A stretch of 63,520 bases of DNA, the filler included, from Methanobacteriota archaeon (lineage in GTDB: Archaea; JACRDV01): NCBI GenBank assembly GCA_024860865.1. It is 6 parts of 6 records of this genome, joined end to end, with 100 filler letters (N's around TTAATTAATTAA, not from the genome) between each part and the next. Parts side by side here need not be neighbours in the genome. Positions count along the whole stretch, not along the records: positions 1 to 13,531 come from JACRDV010000081.1; 5 more parts are not named here. One strand, 5' to 3'. The notes beneath the pieces were generated by a model. It ran no database searches and was not told the origin of the DNA. It saw only the letters and a list, made by a program, of their open reading frames with translations. The translations under genes and the position numbers were made by a program. Of this stretch, positions 1-9,693 are shown in pieces. Numbering within the stretch: the stretch's first letter is position 1; each line of letters opens with the position of its first letter.

Positions 1-180
1 AATTGCTTCTCTAGGCTTAATTCCGGCTAAAGATCTCCTATTTGGGTTGTTCATCAACAATGAAATGCAATAAATACCTTTAAATCTTTTCATTTAATTG
101 ATTTCCTGCTCCAGAGTGTTGCAAAATTTAATTTTTAAAAGTTTGGGAAACTCAGCACAGAAGAAAATTTTGGCTTATCT

Positions 181-1203
181 ATGAAGGTTTTGGGGCTAGA
201 CGTTGGCGGCGCGAATACGAAAATTGCTTTTCTTAAATATTCTGAGAACAAAATCCAAAGTTTAAAAACAAAATCAAAATATTTTCCAATTTGGAAAGCA
301 CCAAAAAAATTGCCAAAAATTTTAGTCGAGTTATCTAAGCCATTCAAAGGAGAATACACTGGAGTTACTTTAACTGCTGAACTCTCAGATATATTTCCAA
401 ACAAGTGCGAAGGCGTGCTTTCAGTTTTAAAAGCAATCGCTCAAGTTTTTGATAGAGAGAAAACTAGAATTATTGATGTAAATGGAAATTTGTTATCTTT
501 TGAGCAAGCTATTAAAGATCCATTAAGCGTTGCAGCTGCTAATTGGCAAGCAACTGTTCAAATGATTAAGGAAACAATGCCAAGTGGTATTTTAGTAGAT
601 ATCGGCAGTACAACAACTGATATAATACCAATTAAGAATGGAAAGGCAACTGCGTATAAAACTGACTTTGAAAGGTTAGCTAATTATGAACTCGTTTATA
701 CCGGATTACTGAGGACTAGCCTCAGTTCAATTACTGACAAAATAATAATTGACGGAAAATATGTTAATGTGTCTGCAGAATTTTTTGCAATTGCTGCTGA
801 TATTCACCTAGTACTTAACAATATTTCGCCAAATGATTATACTTGTGATACACCTGATAATCGAGAAAAAACTAAAGAAGCATCAATTAGGAGACTCGCT
901 AGAGTTGTTTGTGCAGATTTAGACCAATTGACTGAAGGACAGATTTTCCAAATTGCAAAATATATCTATCAAATGCAAGTTAGTAAAATTTCTGAAGCAA
1001 TTTCTACTATAAAATTGCGAGACGAACTCAACAAAGTTATGGTTACTGGAATTGGAAAAGATATCCTAGGAAAAGTTGCTGCACAAAAAGCAAACATTTC
1101 AGAAATTCTAGACATGGCTGATCTGATTGGAGATGAAGCTTGCAAAATTGCTCCAGCTGTTGGAGTGGCATTAATGGTGGCAAAAATTGAAAGTCGCAGT
1201 TAA
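181..1203 (+). CDS. mfnF: Methanofuran biosynthesis protein MfnF (hydantoinase A / H4MPT-linked C1 transfer family)
   Basis: GLDVGGANTK, LTAELSDIF, AAANW, DIGSTTTDIIP and ELVYTGLLRT motifs; adjacent to an MfnE-like kinase. Confidence 0.85.
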   Translation: MKVLGLDVGGANTKIAFLKYSENKIQSLKTKSKYFPIWKAPKKLPKILVELSKPFKGEYTGVTLTAELSDIFPNKCEGVLSVLKAIAQVFDREKTRIIDVNGNLLSFEQAIKDPLSVAAANWQATVQMIKETMPSGILVDIGSTTTDIIPIKNGKATAYKTDFERLANYELVYTGLLRTSLSSITDKIIIDGKYVNVSAEFFAIAADIHLVLNNISPNDYTCDTPDNREKTKEASIRRLARVVCADLDQLTEGQIFQIAKYIYQMQVSKISEAISTIKLRDELNKVMVTGIGKDILGKVAAQKANISEILDMADLIGDEACKIAPAVGVALMVAKIESRS

Positions 1204-1840
1204 GGTTGGGGGAAGTTTAGCAGATTTTGCAAAGCCATTGCTCGAGACTCTCTTTCAGGCTATTTCAACATGTTCTATACTGATTGTTCCTGGTGGATGG
1301 AAATTTGCTGAGTTGGTTAGAGAAATTGATCGAAAATATAAGCTTTCAGCAGAAGCAGCGCACACAATGGCTATTTTAGGAATGGATCAATATGGGATAT
1401 TTTTATCAAATCTCGCTCCTTTTACCGAGATAGTAACGACAATTAAAGAAGCGGAAAAAGTAAGTAATAAACTCCCAGTTATTTTGCCAGCTCAGTTGGC
1501 CTTGAGAGCAAATTTTGAACCTTCATGGGATGTAACATCCGATACTATAGCAGCTTATATTGCAAAGCTGTTTAAAGCCGATAAATTTATAATAGCAACA
1601 GATGTTGATGGTATACTCACCTCCGACCCGAAGATGAAACAAACAGCTCAATTTATTCCTAAAATTTCAGCTGAGGAACTATTGAGTTGGGGCAGAAAAA
1701 CTTCGGTTGATAAAGAATTACCAAAATTTCTGCTCGAAGAAAAAATATCGTGTTGGGTTGTTAACGGCAAATATCCAGAGAGGTTAATTTCAATTATTGA
1801 AGATAAAAAAACAATTGCAACTGAAATATTTGGTGAATAA
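1187..1840 (+). CDS. mfnE: Amino-acid-kinase family, MfnE-like [5-(aminomethyl)furan-3-yl]methyl phosphate kinase
   Basis: VKVGGSL, VPGGWKFAELVR, AHTMAILGMDQYG, SWDVTSDTIA, TDVDGI; overlaps mfnF. Confidence 0.75.
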   Translation: MKVAVKVGGSLADFAKPLLETLFQAISTCSILIVPGGWKFAELVREIDRKYKLSAEAAHTMAILGMDQYGIFLSNLAPFTEIVTTIKEAEKVSNKLPVILPAQLALRANFEPSWDVTSDTIAAYIAKLFKADKFIIATDVDGILTSDPKMKQTAQFIPKISAEELLSWGRKTSVDKELPKFLLEEKISCWVVNGKYPERLISIIEDKKTIATEIFGE

Positions 1841-2014
1841 ATGGAAGCAGCATCAATTGAAAAGATATGTACAAGTTGCGGCGGAAACCTAGACCTAGGA
1901 TCAATTGAATTTCCGTGCCCGAATTGCGGGGATGTAATAATAGTTAGATGCTCTCGTTGTAGGCAAGTTAGCAATCGTTATAAGTGCGTAAAATGCCAGT
2001 TTAGTGGGCCGTGA
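1841..2014 (+). CDS. Small double Zn-ribbon protein (DUF1610 family), 57 aa, missing from the ORF track
   Basis: Manual translation MEAASIEKICTSCGGNLDLGSIEFPCPNCGDVIIVRCSRCRQVSNRYKCVKCQFSGP; four CxxC; usual position upstream of EF-1beta. Confidence 0.9.
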   Translation: MEAASIEKICTSCGGNLDLGSIEFPCPNCGDVIIVRCSRCRQVSNRYKCVKCQFSGP

Positions 2015-2018
2015 GAAT

Positions 2019-2285
2019 ATGGCTAAAGTCTTAATAGAAATCAAAATATTCCCAGAAGATATTGAAACAAATTTAAATCAATTGAAGCAAGAGATTCAAG
2101 TAGCTCTCCCTAGCGATGCAAAGCTCCAAAAAACTGAAGAAGAACCGATTGCTTTTGGGCTAAAGGCATTAAGGGTTTATGTTATTGTTAAAGATGAGGA
2201 AGGGACGGCTGAAGCAGTGGAAAGTGCTATTTCAAAAGTAAAAGGAGTAAGTCAAATCCAAGTTGAAATGGCTACCAGGTTATGA
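2019..2285 (+). CDS. ef1b: Translation elongation factor aEF-1beta
   Basis: MAKVLIEIKIFPED...EEEPIAFGLKAL; ATG at 2019. Confidence 0.92.
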   Translation: MAKVLIEIKIFPEDIETNLNQLKQEIQVALPSDAKLQKTEEEPIAFGLKALRVYVIVKDEEGTAEAVESAISKVKGVSQIQVEMATRL

Positions 2286-2326
2286 AATATCAATCGTCAG
2301 GTCTTTTATCGCCAAGTGGATAAGTT

Positions 2327-3268
2327 TTAACTCGTAAGTAATTCACGACCAGAGAGAAGCCAAATTAGAATAGCTTTTTGAGCGTGAAGTCTATTCTCAG
2401 CTTGATGCCATATGATGGAGTGTTTAGTGTCATCTATGATTTCATCGGTCACTTCCTGCCCACGATGTGCAGGTAGGCAATGCATGAAAATATAGTCTTG
2501 TTTAGCGTGCGCTGCTAACTCCTTGTTTACTTGATAAGGCGGGAATATTTTGAGTCTCTCTTTAGCTTCATTTTCCATCCCCATCGATATCCAAGTGTCA
2601 CAATATATTATATCAGCATTTTTGACTGCTTCTTTAGGCTCAACAATAATTTGAATTGTAGCACCGGAGTTCTCAGCAAGTTGTTTTGCTTTATCTGCAA
2701 GCGCTGGTTCATAACCTTTAGGACATGCCACTTTCATGTTAACACCAGTAAGTGCACAACCTAACAAAAGCGAGTTGCAAACGTTATTTCCATCGCCAAT
2801 CCAAGCTAGGTTTAGTCCTTTAAAGCGACCTTTATTCTCTAAAATAGTAAAAAGATCACTGATAACCTGGCATGGATGCTCTAATGGAGAGAGCGCATTT
2901 ATTATTGGCACAGTCGAATTTTTAGCCAAACTGACTATTGTTTCGTGCTTTTTAACTCGAGCAACTATTGTATGTACATACCCGCTAAGAACCTTTGCCA
3001 AATCTTCTATACTCTCGCCCCTGATTAGTTGTAGAGTTTCAGGTTCTAAAAATAAAGGATATCCCCCTAATTCACTAATTCCGACGGCAAAACTTATTTT
3101 TGTGCGAGTTGAGGGTTTTTCAAATAATAAAGCAATTGCTTTTCCCTTTAAAAGATTTGACGTTCTCCCTCCTTTTCGTTCTTTTTTTAATTTTTTAGAA
3201 AGCTTAAAAATATTATTGATATCATCTCTGCTGAAATCCCCAACAGAAATCAAATCACGTTTGTTCAA
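2327..3268 (-). CDS. argF: Ornithine carbamoyltransferase
   Basis: FEKPSTRT, HPCQ, GDGNNV, DTWISMG, HCLPAHRG, QAENRLH. Confidence 0.95.
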   Translation of the reverse strand: MNKRDLISVGDFSRDDINNIFKLSKKLKKERKGGRTSNLLKGKAIALLFEKPSTRTKISFAVGISELGGYPLFLEPETLQLIRGESIEDLAKVLSGYVHTIVARVKKHETIVSLAKNSTVPIINALSPLEHPCQVISDLFTILENKGRFKGLNLAWIGDGNNVCNSLLLGCALTGVNMKVACPKGYEPALADKAKQLAENSGATIQIIVEPKEAVKNADIIYCDTWISMGMENEAKERLKIFPPYQVNKELAAHAKQDYIFMHCLPAHRGQEVTDEIIDDTKHSIIWHQAENRLHAQKAILIWLLSGRELLTS

Positions 3269-3412
3269 GAAAATCGCCCATAAATTTTTAAATGTGTATC
3301 AAAGATTTCTTTTTGCTTTCCTTCCAAAATACACTTCTCTCAAGGTTTTTAAAACTGCAAATGTTTTTTGGTAATATAGATGGATCTATCTTAAAGTATT
3401 TACATATTTAAT

Positions 3413-3940
3413 TTATTTTCTAACTCCGAGATCTTGAACAGTGATTAATGGAACAAGAATAATGCCATGCATTTTTAGACTCTCGCTAGCTCCTTCAAGT
3501 CTATCCACAACAACGAATGCTTTTTCTACAATTCCACCCAAATCCCTAACCGCTTTTGTTGCTTCAATAATGGATCCGCCTGTTGTGCTAACATCCTCAA
3601 TTATAACAACTTTTTCGCCGAGATTAATCTCTCCTTCAACTAGGCGCTCAATTCCATGTTCTTTTGTTTGCTTTCTAACTATTACCATAGGGATATTTGT
3701 TCTCAAACTAATTGCAGTTGCAATTGGAATTGCTCCAATAGCAATGCCTGCAATTTTTGCTGGCTTTTCTTTTTTAACTAATTCGCTCATATCTCCAGAA
3801 ATCATGTTAAGCAAAGCGGGATCTGTAGCAGCTTTTTTAATGTCAATATAATAATTGCTTTTTCTTCCTGAAGTTAAAGTAAAATCTCCAAATTTAATAA
3901 CACCCTTTTCTTTTAAAGCATTTGTAAGGGCTCGTAACAT
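3413..3940 (-). CDS. pyrE: Orotate phosphoribosyltransferase
   Basis: FGDFTLTSGRKSNYYID, RKQTKEHG, PRPP motif IIEDVSTTGGS. Confidence 0.95.
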   Translation of the reverse strand: MLRALTNALKEKGVIKFGDFTLTSGRKSNYYIDIKKAATDPALLNMISGDMSELVKKEKPAKIAGIAIGAIPIATAISLRTNIPMVIVRKQTKEHGIERLVEGEINLGEKVVIIEDVSTTGGSIIEATKAVRDLGGIVEKAFVVVDRLEGASESLKMHGIILVPLITVQDLGVRK

Positions 3941-4200
3941 ATGATTAGCTCCTTCTCATCAGCTTGAATTTTCCTTAATGTTTGAGCAAAGTCATACTTA
4001 ATTTTAGTTCGAATTCTATTGCTCAGTGGTAAATTAAGTTTCTCAAATATGAAACTATATAATAGCTCTGAGTTCGCAAAGAAGAGCGCCCCCAATCCTG
4101 GCTTTAAAAGGGCACGAATTCCAATTTCACCAAATCTGTTTAAGTAGTTCTTTCTTAACCACTCTTCAAATTCTGTAATTGATATTTTTAATTCTTTCAT
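3913..4200 (-). CDS. Hypothetical protein in the carS-radical SAM-pyrE operon
   Basis: 95-aa ORF overlapping both neighbours on the same strand. Confidence 0.55.
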   Translation of the reverse strand: MKELKISITEFEEWLRKNYLNRFGEIGIRALLKPGLGALFFANSELLYSFIFEKLNLPLSNRIRTKIKYDFAQTLRKIQADEKELIICYEPLQML

Positions 4201-5300
4201 ATTCGCTCAAGTATATTTTTTATTTGGGCTAGTTTCTCAGGTACTTGAACAATAAAACCATAATTTATCAAAAGTTTTCTAGTTAACTCGTTTAAATGAA
4301 TGCCATCTAAAGTATAACCTTCTGTATCAAACATTGCACTTGGCAAAATCATAGCTTTAATTGAGGGAGTCCCATTCAAGCTCTTAGCACATCTCAAGAG
4401 ATCTTTTGCAGTTAATAGACCGGTTGAACCAATGCTTTCTCCAAACACACTGTTTTTAACAGGCACTACCTTCACAGTCGGAAAGACTCTTTCTAAACTA
4501 TGTGCGCTTAGCTCTCCGGTTATTATATATGTTGGAATTTTTGGCCGAACTGAAAAAGGTTTAAACTCTGGAAAAAGGTCTTCGCCTATCATAGCCTGAA
4601 AAGCTGGTGAAAATTTAACTTCTAAGTTCAAATTTAGATCTTGAACTTTTTCTTTAATCATTAACAACTCATTTCTCGTTAAAGCTCTAATTTTTCTTTG
4701 AAGTTTTGTTATACCGACTGGAAATAATCTTGCCTCTTTTGCTTCAGCTTCATTTAGGTCCATGAGAGTTTGCCCAATTTCTTTCGCATTATAATTCGGG
4801 ACTAGAACCAAATCTGCAATTAACTCGATTTCACGCGCAGAGAATTCTGGCAAAAGTTCGATTAATTTGCCTGCATTCGGGTTTTGCACCAATTTAACTC
4901 TAGTTTTTGGATTTGTAGTATGAACTGAAATTTGAATTTGATCGAGGCCAGCTTTTGCTAAACTTGTTATCCTAGTTTTGTTTAGTTTTACATTCCCAGA
5001 AGTATCAGTTACTCTAACAATTTTAGCTCCAAGTTTTTTTGCAAGTTTGATCTTTTGTTCAAGTTTTATGTCGTTAAGAGCATCACGTTTTACCGTTATC
5101 ACTCGGCCGCGCGGCTTAAGTACCAGCTTTGGATTTTGGTCAATATAACAAAAGATGCATTTATTCCCACAATGCCCGGAGTCGGAAGATGTAGAAATAA
5201 TTGTTAACCCATCTGGTTCTGGTAAGCTGTCAAGTACATCAACTGCTATACAATGGAGTTTTTTGTCTTCACCAAGTTCACTTATCATGTTTTCTACCAA
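4197..5300 (-). CDS. Radical SAM Fe-S protein with DUF512 domain
   Basis: CGNKCIFCYIDQNP, ISVHTTNP, PVGITK, ITGELS, NSVFGESIGSTGLLT. Confidence 0.75.
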   Translation of the reverse strand: MVENMISELGEDKKLHCIAVDVLDSLPEPDGLTIISTSSDSGHCGNKCIFCYIDQNPKLVLKPRGRVITVKRDALNDIKLEQKIKLAKKLGAKIVRVTDTSGNVKLNKTRITSLAKAGLDQIQISVHTTNPKTRVKLVQNPNAGKLIELLPEFSAREIELIADLVLVPNYNAKEIGQTLMDLNEAEAKEARLFPVGITKLQRKIRALTRNELLMIKEKVQDLNLNLEVKFSPAFQAMIGEDLFPEFKPFSVRPKIPTYIITGELSAHSLERVFPTVKVVPVKNSVFGESIGSTGLLTAKDLLRCAKSLNGTPSIKAMILPSAMFDTEGYTLDGIHLNELTRKLLINYGFIVQVPEKLAQIKNILERI

Positions 5301-5776
5301 GGTTCTTTTTTCAGGCCAAGCTTATATCCAGTAGCATTTACGGTGAAATGTGCCAACGGCGTAAAAACAACAAGTATGAAAAAAGTTGTAAGATATATTG
5401 GAACAATAAGCGAAGCTGCCAATATAGCTCCACAAACAAAGTCAAGCTGATCAAGAAGTGGGGCAAAAGCTCCTCTCGGCAATCCAAATCTCCTTTTTAT
5501 AAAAGCTCCAAAAACAGCGTCTCCAAAAATTGCACCAGCTCCTAAGCTGAGTCCCAATGGCAAATTTCCTTGGAGAGCTCCGATAAAGGCACCCCAGAGC
5601 ATACCTGCCAGTGAACCTTTGAAAGTCACCGATTCACCAAAAATTCTCTTGCCATCAAAGAAATTTTTGCCAAAATCAACTGGCTTACCACCACCGAAGA
5701 TTGCCGCTGACATATTTGCAAAGTAAGCTGGCAAGAAAAACCAAATTGTTTGAGCAAATAATTGTAAATAATCCAT
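5294..5776 (-). CDS. carS: CDP-archaeol synthase
   Basis: LPAYFANM, PVDFGK, DGKRIFG, FIKRRFG, LDQLDF, C-terminal KKEPW. Confidence 0.92.
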   Translation of the reverse strand: MDYLQLFAQTIWFFLPAYFANMSAAIFGGGKPVDFGKNFFDGKRIFGESVTFKGSLAGMLWGAFIGALQGNLPLGLSLGAGAIFGDAVFGAFIKRRFGLPRGAFAPLLDQLDFVCGAILAASLIVPIYLTTFFILVVFTPLAHFTVNATGYKLGLKKEPW

Positions 5777-6181
5777 AAATTACCGACTCAACTGAAGTGA
5801 TAGTATAATATGAGCAATTAATTATATCATAGGTGTTATTTAGGAATCTTGTTACTACAGTGGCTTTTCTAAGCGCGATAGAGTTTGTTTAATAATGCTT
5901 CAGCTTCATCATTAAATCCCTATCGCTGAAAATGTCTAAAGCTAAAGTTTCAACGTAGGGTATTGGCTCTTGGGCTGAAGGAGTTCGCGCTCCTCCAATT
6001 AATATTTCTTTCAATATCAGCGGTAGGCATTTCTTTTTGTATTTTAATAGACATCATATTCGAAAAGCCTTTCACTACTTTGTTCATCTTCAAAAGATCC
6101 AAAAAGGATAAAAAATTTGGGTAATTATGTGCCTCCGAAAATAAAAAGTCAAAAAAGTTCTAAAATAAAACTCAGACTTAA

Positions 6182-6264
6182 GCAGTGGGTTGAGAAAAGT
6201 TATTTTTTATAACTTTTGGTACAATGAAGTTAGGTCCAGCGAGAACATTGACCCAACCCACTGC
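6182..6264 (-). ncRNA. Candidate structured small RNA (three-stem junction), function unknown
   Basis: 11-bp inverted repeat GCAGTGGGTTG/CAACCCACTGC enclosing two further stems; TATA-like CTTAAATA on the minus strand about 24 nt upstream. Confidence 0.35.
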
Positions 6265-6408
6265 AAAAAAACTTTAGTTAATCTAATTATTTAAGTTTTA
6301 AACAATTTTTCTTATTGGTTTTTAAATTTAAATCTGATTCTCTTATTAATCAAATAATCTAAAAATTTAGAGATTGCTTATACAAAAAACTACTTGAAAA
6401 GAAAAAAT

Positions 6409-7167
6409 TTAAAACATTAACTCAGTTGAATCTTTCCATAAATATTCAAAATACTCCTTTGCAAAGGTAGCGAGGCCTGGTTCATCTGACCAAATCCCAA
6501 GTTTCTCCTGCAGTGAAGCTAATAGCAATAAAATCTCTCTGCTATCAACAATCACCCCGCCGCCAAAAAGAGTTTCCTTGTATCTAACTTTAAGTTTAGG
6601 AAAAGGCTGCATGAACAATTTGATTTTTGGATTTTTTTCTGCAAATATCATTCGAACTTTAATTTCTTTTGTTTGAAAAACTTGAAGGAAAGGCTGGAGC
6701 CGAATTGCTTCAGGCTCCGTTAAACTCGGAACTACAACTAATACCTCATTCTGAGCGCGGCGCAACATTTCTTCTATTTTTGTTAAAACATTTCTAGCTC
6801 CGTGAATTATCCAAACATCTGGTCGCTTTGTCTCAGCTTGTTTTTCAAAAATGGGGTTAAGCTCTTGTAAAACGCTTTCTCCAGCTTGTGTAAGAGATCT
6901 TTCGAGTCTTTCTTGTGCTATTCTAATTGCATCTCCTGGTGGTTTAGCTCTGTATCTAATAGGCCTACCAGAATGAACTTCTAACCAACCTCTGTGTTCA
7001 AGTTTACTTAACACGTCATAAATTCTAGAGTAAGGAACACCGGCAATCTTACTTACATCACCTGCGGTCGAAGCACCAGCATTAACTAAGGCAACGTATA
7101 CCTTAATTTCATACTCCGTAAGACCAAATTGTCTAAGGGATTTTAGGACCTTTTCGCTAATTTCCAT
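6409..7167 (-). CDS. TrmB-family transcriptional regulator
   Basis: FGLTEYEIKVYVAL, GVPYSRIYDVLSKL, GRPIRYRA; C-terminal effector domain with IVDSRE. Confidence 0.9.
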   Translation of the reverse strand: MEISEKVLKSLRQFGLTEYEIKVYVALVNAGASTAGDVSKIAGVPYSRIYDVLSKLEHRGWLEVHSGRPIRYRAKPPGDAIRIAQERLERSLTQAGESVLQELNPIFEKQAETKRPDVWIIHGARNVLTKIEEMLRRAQNEVLVVVPSLTEPEAIRLQPFLQVFQTKEIKVRMIFAEKNPKIKLFMQPFPKLKVRYKETLFGGGVIVDSREILLLLASLQEKLGIWSDEPGLATFAKEYFEYLWKDSTELMF

Positions 7168-7338
7168 GTTTTTACCCCTTTAGGTGGTAGATCCAAAATT
7201 TGATCTATCTTGTTTCTGTTTGGAATACAAAAACGAAATAACTACTTTTCAGATTATGAAAAGTTTGATAACATATTTATATTTACTCCTAACAGTGGTA
7301 AATTCTAATTCTGATTTGTTTCTATCTGGAGGTCCCTT

Positions 7339-8841
7339 GTGGTCAAAACTAAAAGCATTTGCCCTGAATGTTTGAAAGCAATCGAAGCTGTGGTTTTTGA
7401 AAGGGATGGAAGGATTCTAATCGAGAAAGAATGCCCGGAACACGGAAAATTCAGTGATACGTACTGGGGAGATGCAAAGCTTTATTATCGGGCGCAAAAA
7501 TTTGCCTGCGATGGAAAAGGCGTTGAAAACCCAGCAACTAACCACGAAAATTGCCCATGGACCTGCGGTCTCTGTAATGGTCATCTCTCTCATTCTGTCC
7601 TCGGAATAATTGATGTGACCAATAGGTGCAACCTAAAATGCGATTTTTGTTTTGCTAATGCTGGTGCTGTTGGATATATTTACGAGCCAAATCAAGAGCA
7701 AATTTGGGAAATGTTATTAGCGCTTCGAAATAATAAACCAGTTCCTTGCCCCAGTGTACAAATGAGTGGCGGCGAGCCTTTAATTCGAAGTGATATCGTT
7801 GAACTAATTAAGCTTGCTAAAAAAGCTGGCTTTCCTCACACACAAATCGCAACCAATGGATTGATGCTTGCCAACAAGCCAGAGTTAGCAAAAGAACTTC
7901 GAGAGGCTGATTTAAACACAGTTTACCTTCAGTTTGACGGAGTGACACCTGAACCTTACCTAAAAGAGCGTGGTCTTAATCTCCTGCCTGAAAAACTTAA
8001 AGTTATTGAAAATTGCAGAAAAGTTGGGCTTGGGATCGTTTTAGTTCCGACTCTTGCAAAGGGTGTCAATGACAGCCAAATTGGAGACATGATTAGATTC
8101 GCAGCAAAAAATGCAGATATCATTCGAGGAGTGAATTTCCAACCAGTTAGTTTTGCTGGTAGAATCGCAAAAGAAGAGCGAGAGCAAAGAAGGATAACAA
8201 TTCCAGATTTAATGAAGCTAGTCGAAGCACAAACCGACGGAGAGATCGCAGCTGAAGACTTCTATCCAATTCCAAGCATAATTCCTTTCTCTGAATTTGT
8301 TTCTGCTTATGAAGCAATACCTCAAGTTGAATTCACTACCCATGTATGCTGCGGCGCTGCTACTTATGTCTTCCTCCATGATGGCCATTTCGTTCCAATA
8401 ACTAGATTCGTTAATGTTGAAGCTTTCTTTAAATTAATGAGCGAACTTGCGGCCGATATAAGAAAGTGGGGAGTTTTAGGTAAAGCCAAGGCCATACTAA
8501 AAGCAACTACTTCTCTTTCAAAAATAGTTGATGAAAAAAATAAGCCGAAGTGGTTTGACTTTAAGGAATTGATCATTAACATACTTGAAAAACGAAATTA
8601 CGATGCACTTGCCGAGTTCCATTATAAGAGTTTATTTATCGGTTGTATGCATTTCCAAGATGCTTACAATTTTGATATTGAGCGGGTGAAGCGCTGTGTA
8701 ATTCACTATGCCGTCCCGGATGGGCGAATCATACCATTCTGTGCTATGAATACGATTTATAGAGAAAAGATTGAAAAGCAATTTAGTAAGCCATTGGTTA
8801 TCTCAACTGTTCCATCCGAAACAGCTGCTGTTCAGAGTTAA
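7339..8841 (+). CDS. tes: Tetraether lipid synthase Tes (GDGT-MAS, MJ0619 family radical SAM)
   Basis: N-terminal CPEC...CPEHG, CPWTCGLC, CNLKCDFC, C-terminal MHFQDAYNFDIERVKRCVIHY...IIPFC. Confidence 0.88.
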   Translation: MVKTKSICPECLKAIEAVVFERDGRILIEKECPEHGKFSDTYWGDAKLYYRAQKFACDGKGVENPATNHENCPWTCGLCNGHLSHSVLGIIDVTNRCNLKCDFCFANAGAVGYIYEPNQEQIWEMLLALRNNKPVPCPSVQMSGGEPLIRSDIVELIKLAKKAGFPHTQIATNGLMLANKPELAKELREADLNTVYLQFDGVTPEPYLKERGLNLLPEKLKVIENCRKVGLGIVLVPTLAKGVNDSQIGDMIRFAAKNADIIRGVNFQPVSFAGRIAKEEREQRRITIPDLMKLVEAQTDGEIAAEDFYPIPSIIPFSEFVSAYEAIPQVEFTTHVCCGAATYVFLHDGHFVPITRFVNVEAFFKLMSELAADIRKWGVLGKAKAILKATTSLSKIVDEKNKPKWFDFKELIINILEKRNYDALAEFHYKSLFIGCMHFQDAYNFDIERVKRCVIHYAVPDGRIIPFCAMNTIYREKIEKQFSKPLVISTVPSETAAVQS

Positions 8842-9025
8842 ATACAACAAAACTTCTCAAATATTTAAATTTTAGCCAGTTTAGTATAAAAATTTAAAAT
8901 TTATTGATAATTACTATACAATTGTTAAAATTATATAATCGTTATTAAATAAAAATTCTTATTGTAAGATATTTATAATTATATATGCACAATAAGACTA
9001 AAGCTAAAAAAATTAAAGGGTTATT

Positions 9026-9298
9026 ATGGTTTTTACAGTCAGAAAGCGCGCTATAGACATTTTAAAAATTATGGTAAAAGATAGAAAGCCAATTACAGCT
9101 AAAGAGATTTCTTTCCGAGGAAAACTGCCATTACCAACTGTTCATCAAACTATCAAAGTTTTAGAAGAAAGTAGATTAATTGAAAAAGAGAAAGAGGAAA
9201 GCGGAGAGGCCTATTGGAAAGTTGTTCCGAGAGAGAAAGCAAATAAACTAATTCTTCAATTTATTGATGAGATTTTAGACCAAGTGTACGCGAAATAG
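9026..9298 (+). CDS. Winged-helix DNA-binding protein
   Basis: ITAKEIS...LPLPTVHQTIKVLEESRLI helix-turn-helix plus wing. Confidence 0.7.
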   Translation: MVFTVRKRAIDILKIMVKDRKPITAKEISFRGKLPLPTVHQTIKVLEESRLIEKEKEESGEAYWKVVPREKANKLILQFIDEILDQVYAK

Positions 9299-9390
9299 CC
9301 CTTTTTGTTTGTTTTAACTTAGCTTCTTCAACGAAAATTATTTATTATTATTTTGTTATTATCATAATAATAGTGGTATTACATTCTATA

Positions 9391-9693
9391 ATGGGTTTTA
9401 TATTGAAAATAGTTCGGCTACATGATAGAGAGATAGATGTTTGGAAAACTCTTTGCAAAGAAAAGAGATCTCTCACTGTAAATGAAATTGCAAATATTAG
9501 CAAAATTCCACTGCCGAGTATCTACGACAATGTTCGAGAATTAGTTACAAAGAACCTGGTTATAAAAGACAAGGAAGAAGGTGGAGAAGTCTATTGGAAA
9601 GCTGTTTCAAGAGAAGAGGCGCGAAAGACCCTAGGGATATACGTAGACGAGGTTTTAGATGAAATTTTCGGGAAAGATAATGGATCGCATTAA
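9391..9693 (+). CDS. Winged-helix DNA-binding protein, paralog of the upstream gene (start uncertain)
   Basis: LTVNEIA...IPLPSIYDNVRELVTKNLV; shares KEE.GE.YWK and DE.LD with 9026-9298. Confidence 0.7.
   Translation: MGFILKIVRLHDREIDVWKTLCKEKRSLTVNEIANISKIPLPSIYDNVRELVTKNLVIKDKEEGGEVYWKAVSREEARKTLGIYVDEVLDEIFGKDNGSH

Noticed and set aside
2736-3374. Long antisense ORFs over housekeeping genes (also 3441-3851, 19334-19771, 24281-24757, 39353-39850, 43549-44085)
   Set aside because: Ser/Ile/Pro-rich shadow frames with no recognisable domain, unlike the 61517-62806 frame, which has Hint motifs on both sides of the overlap.
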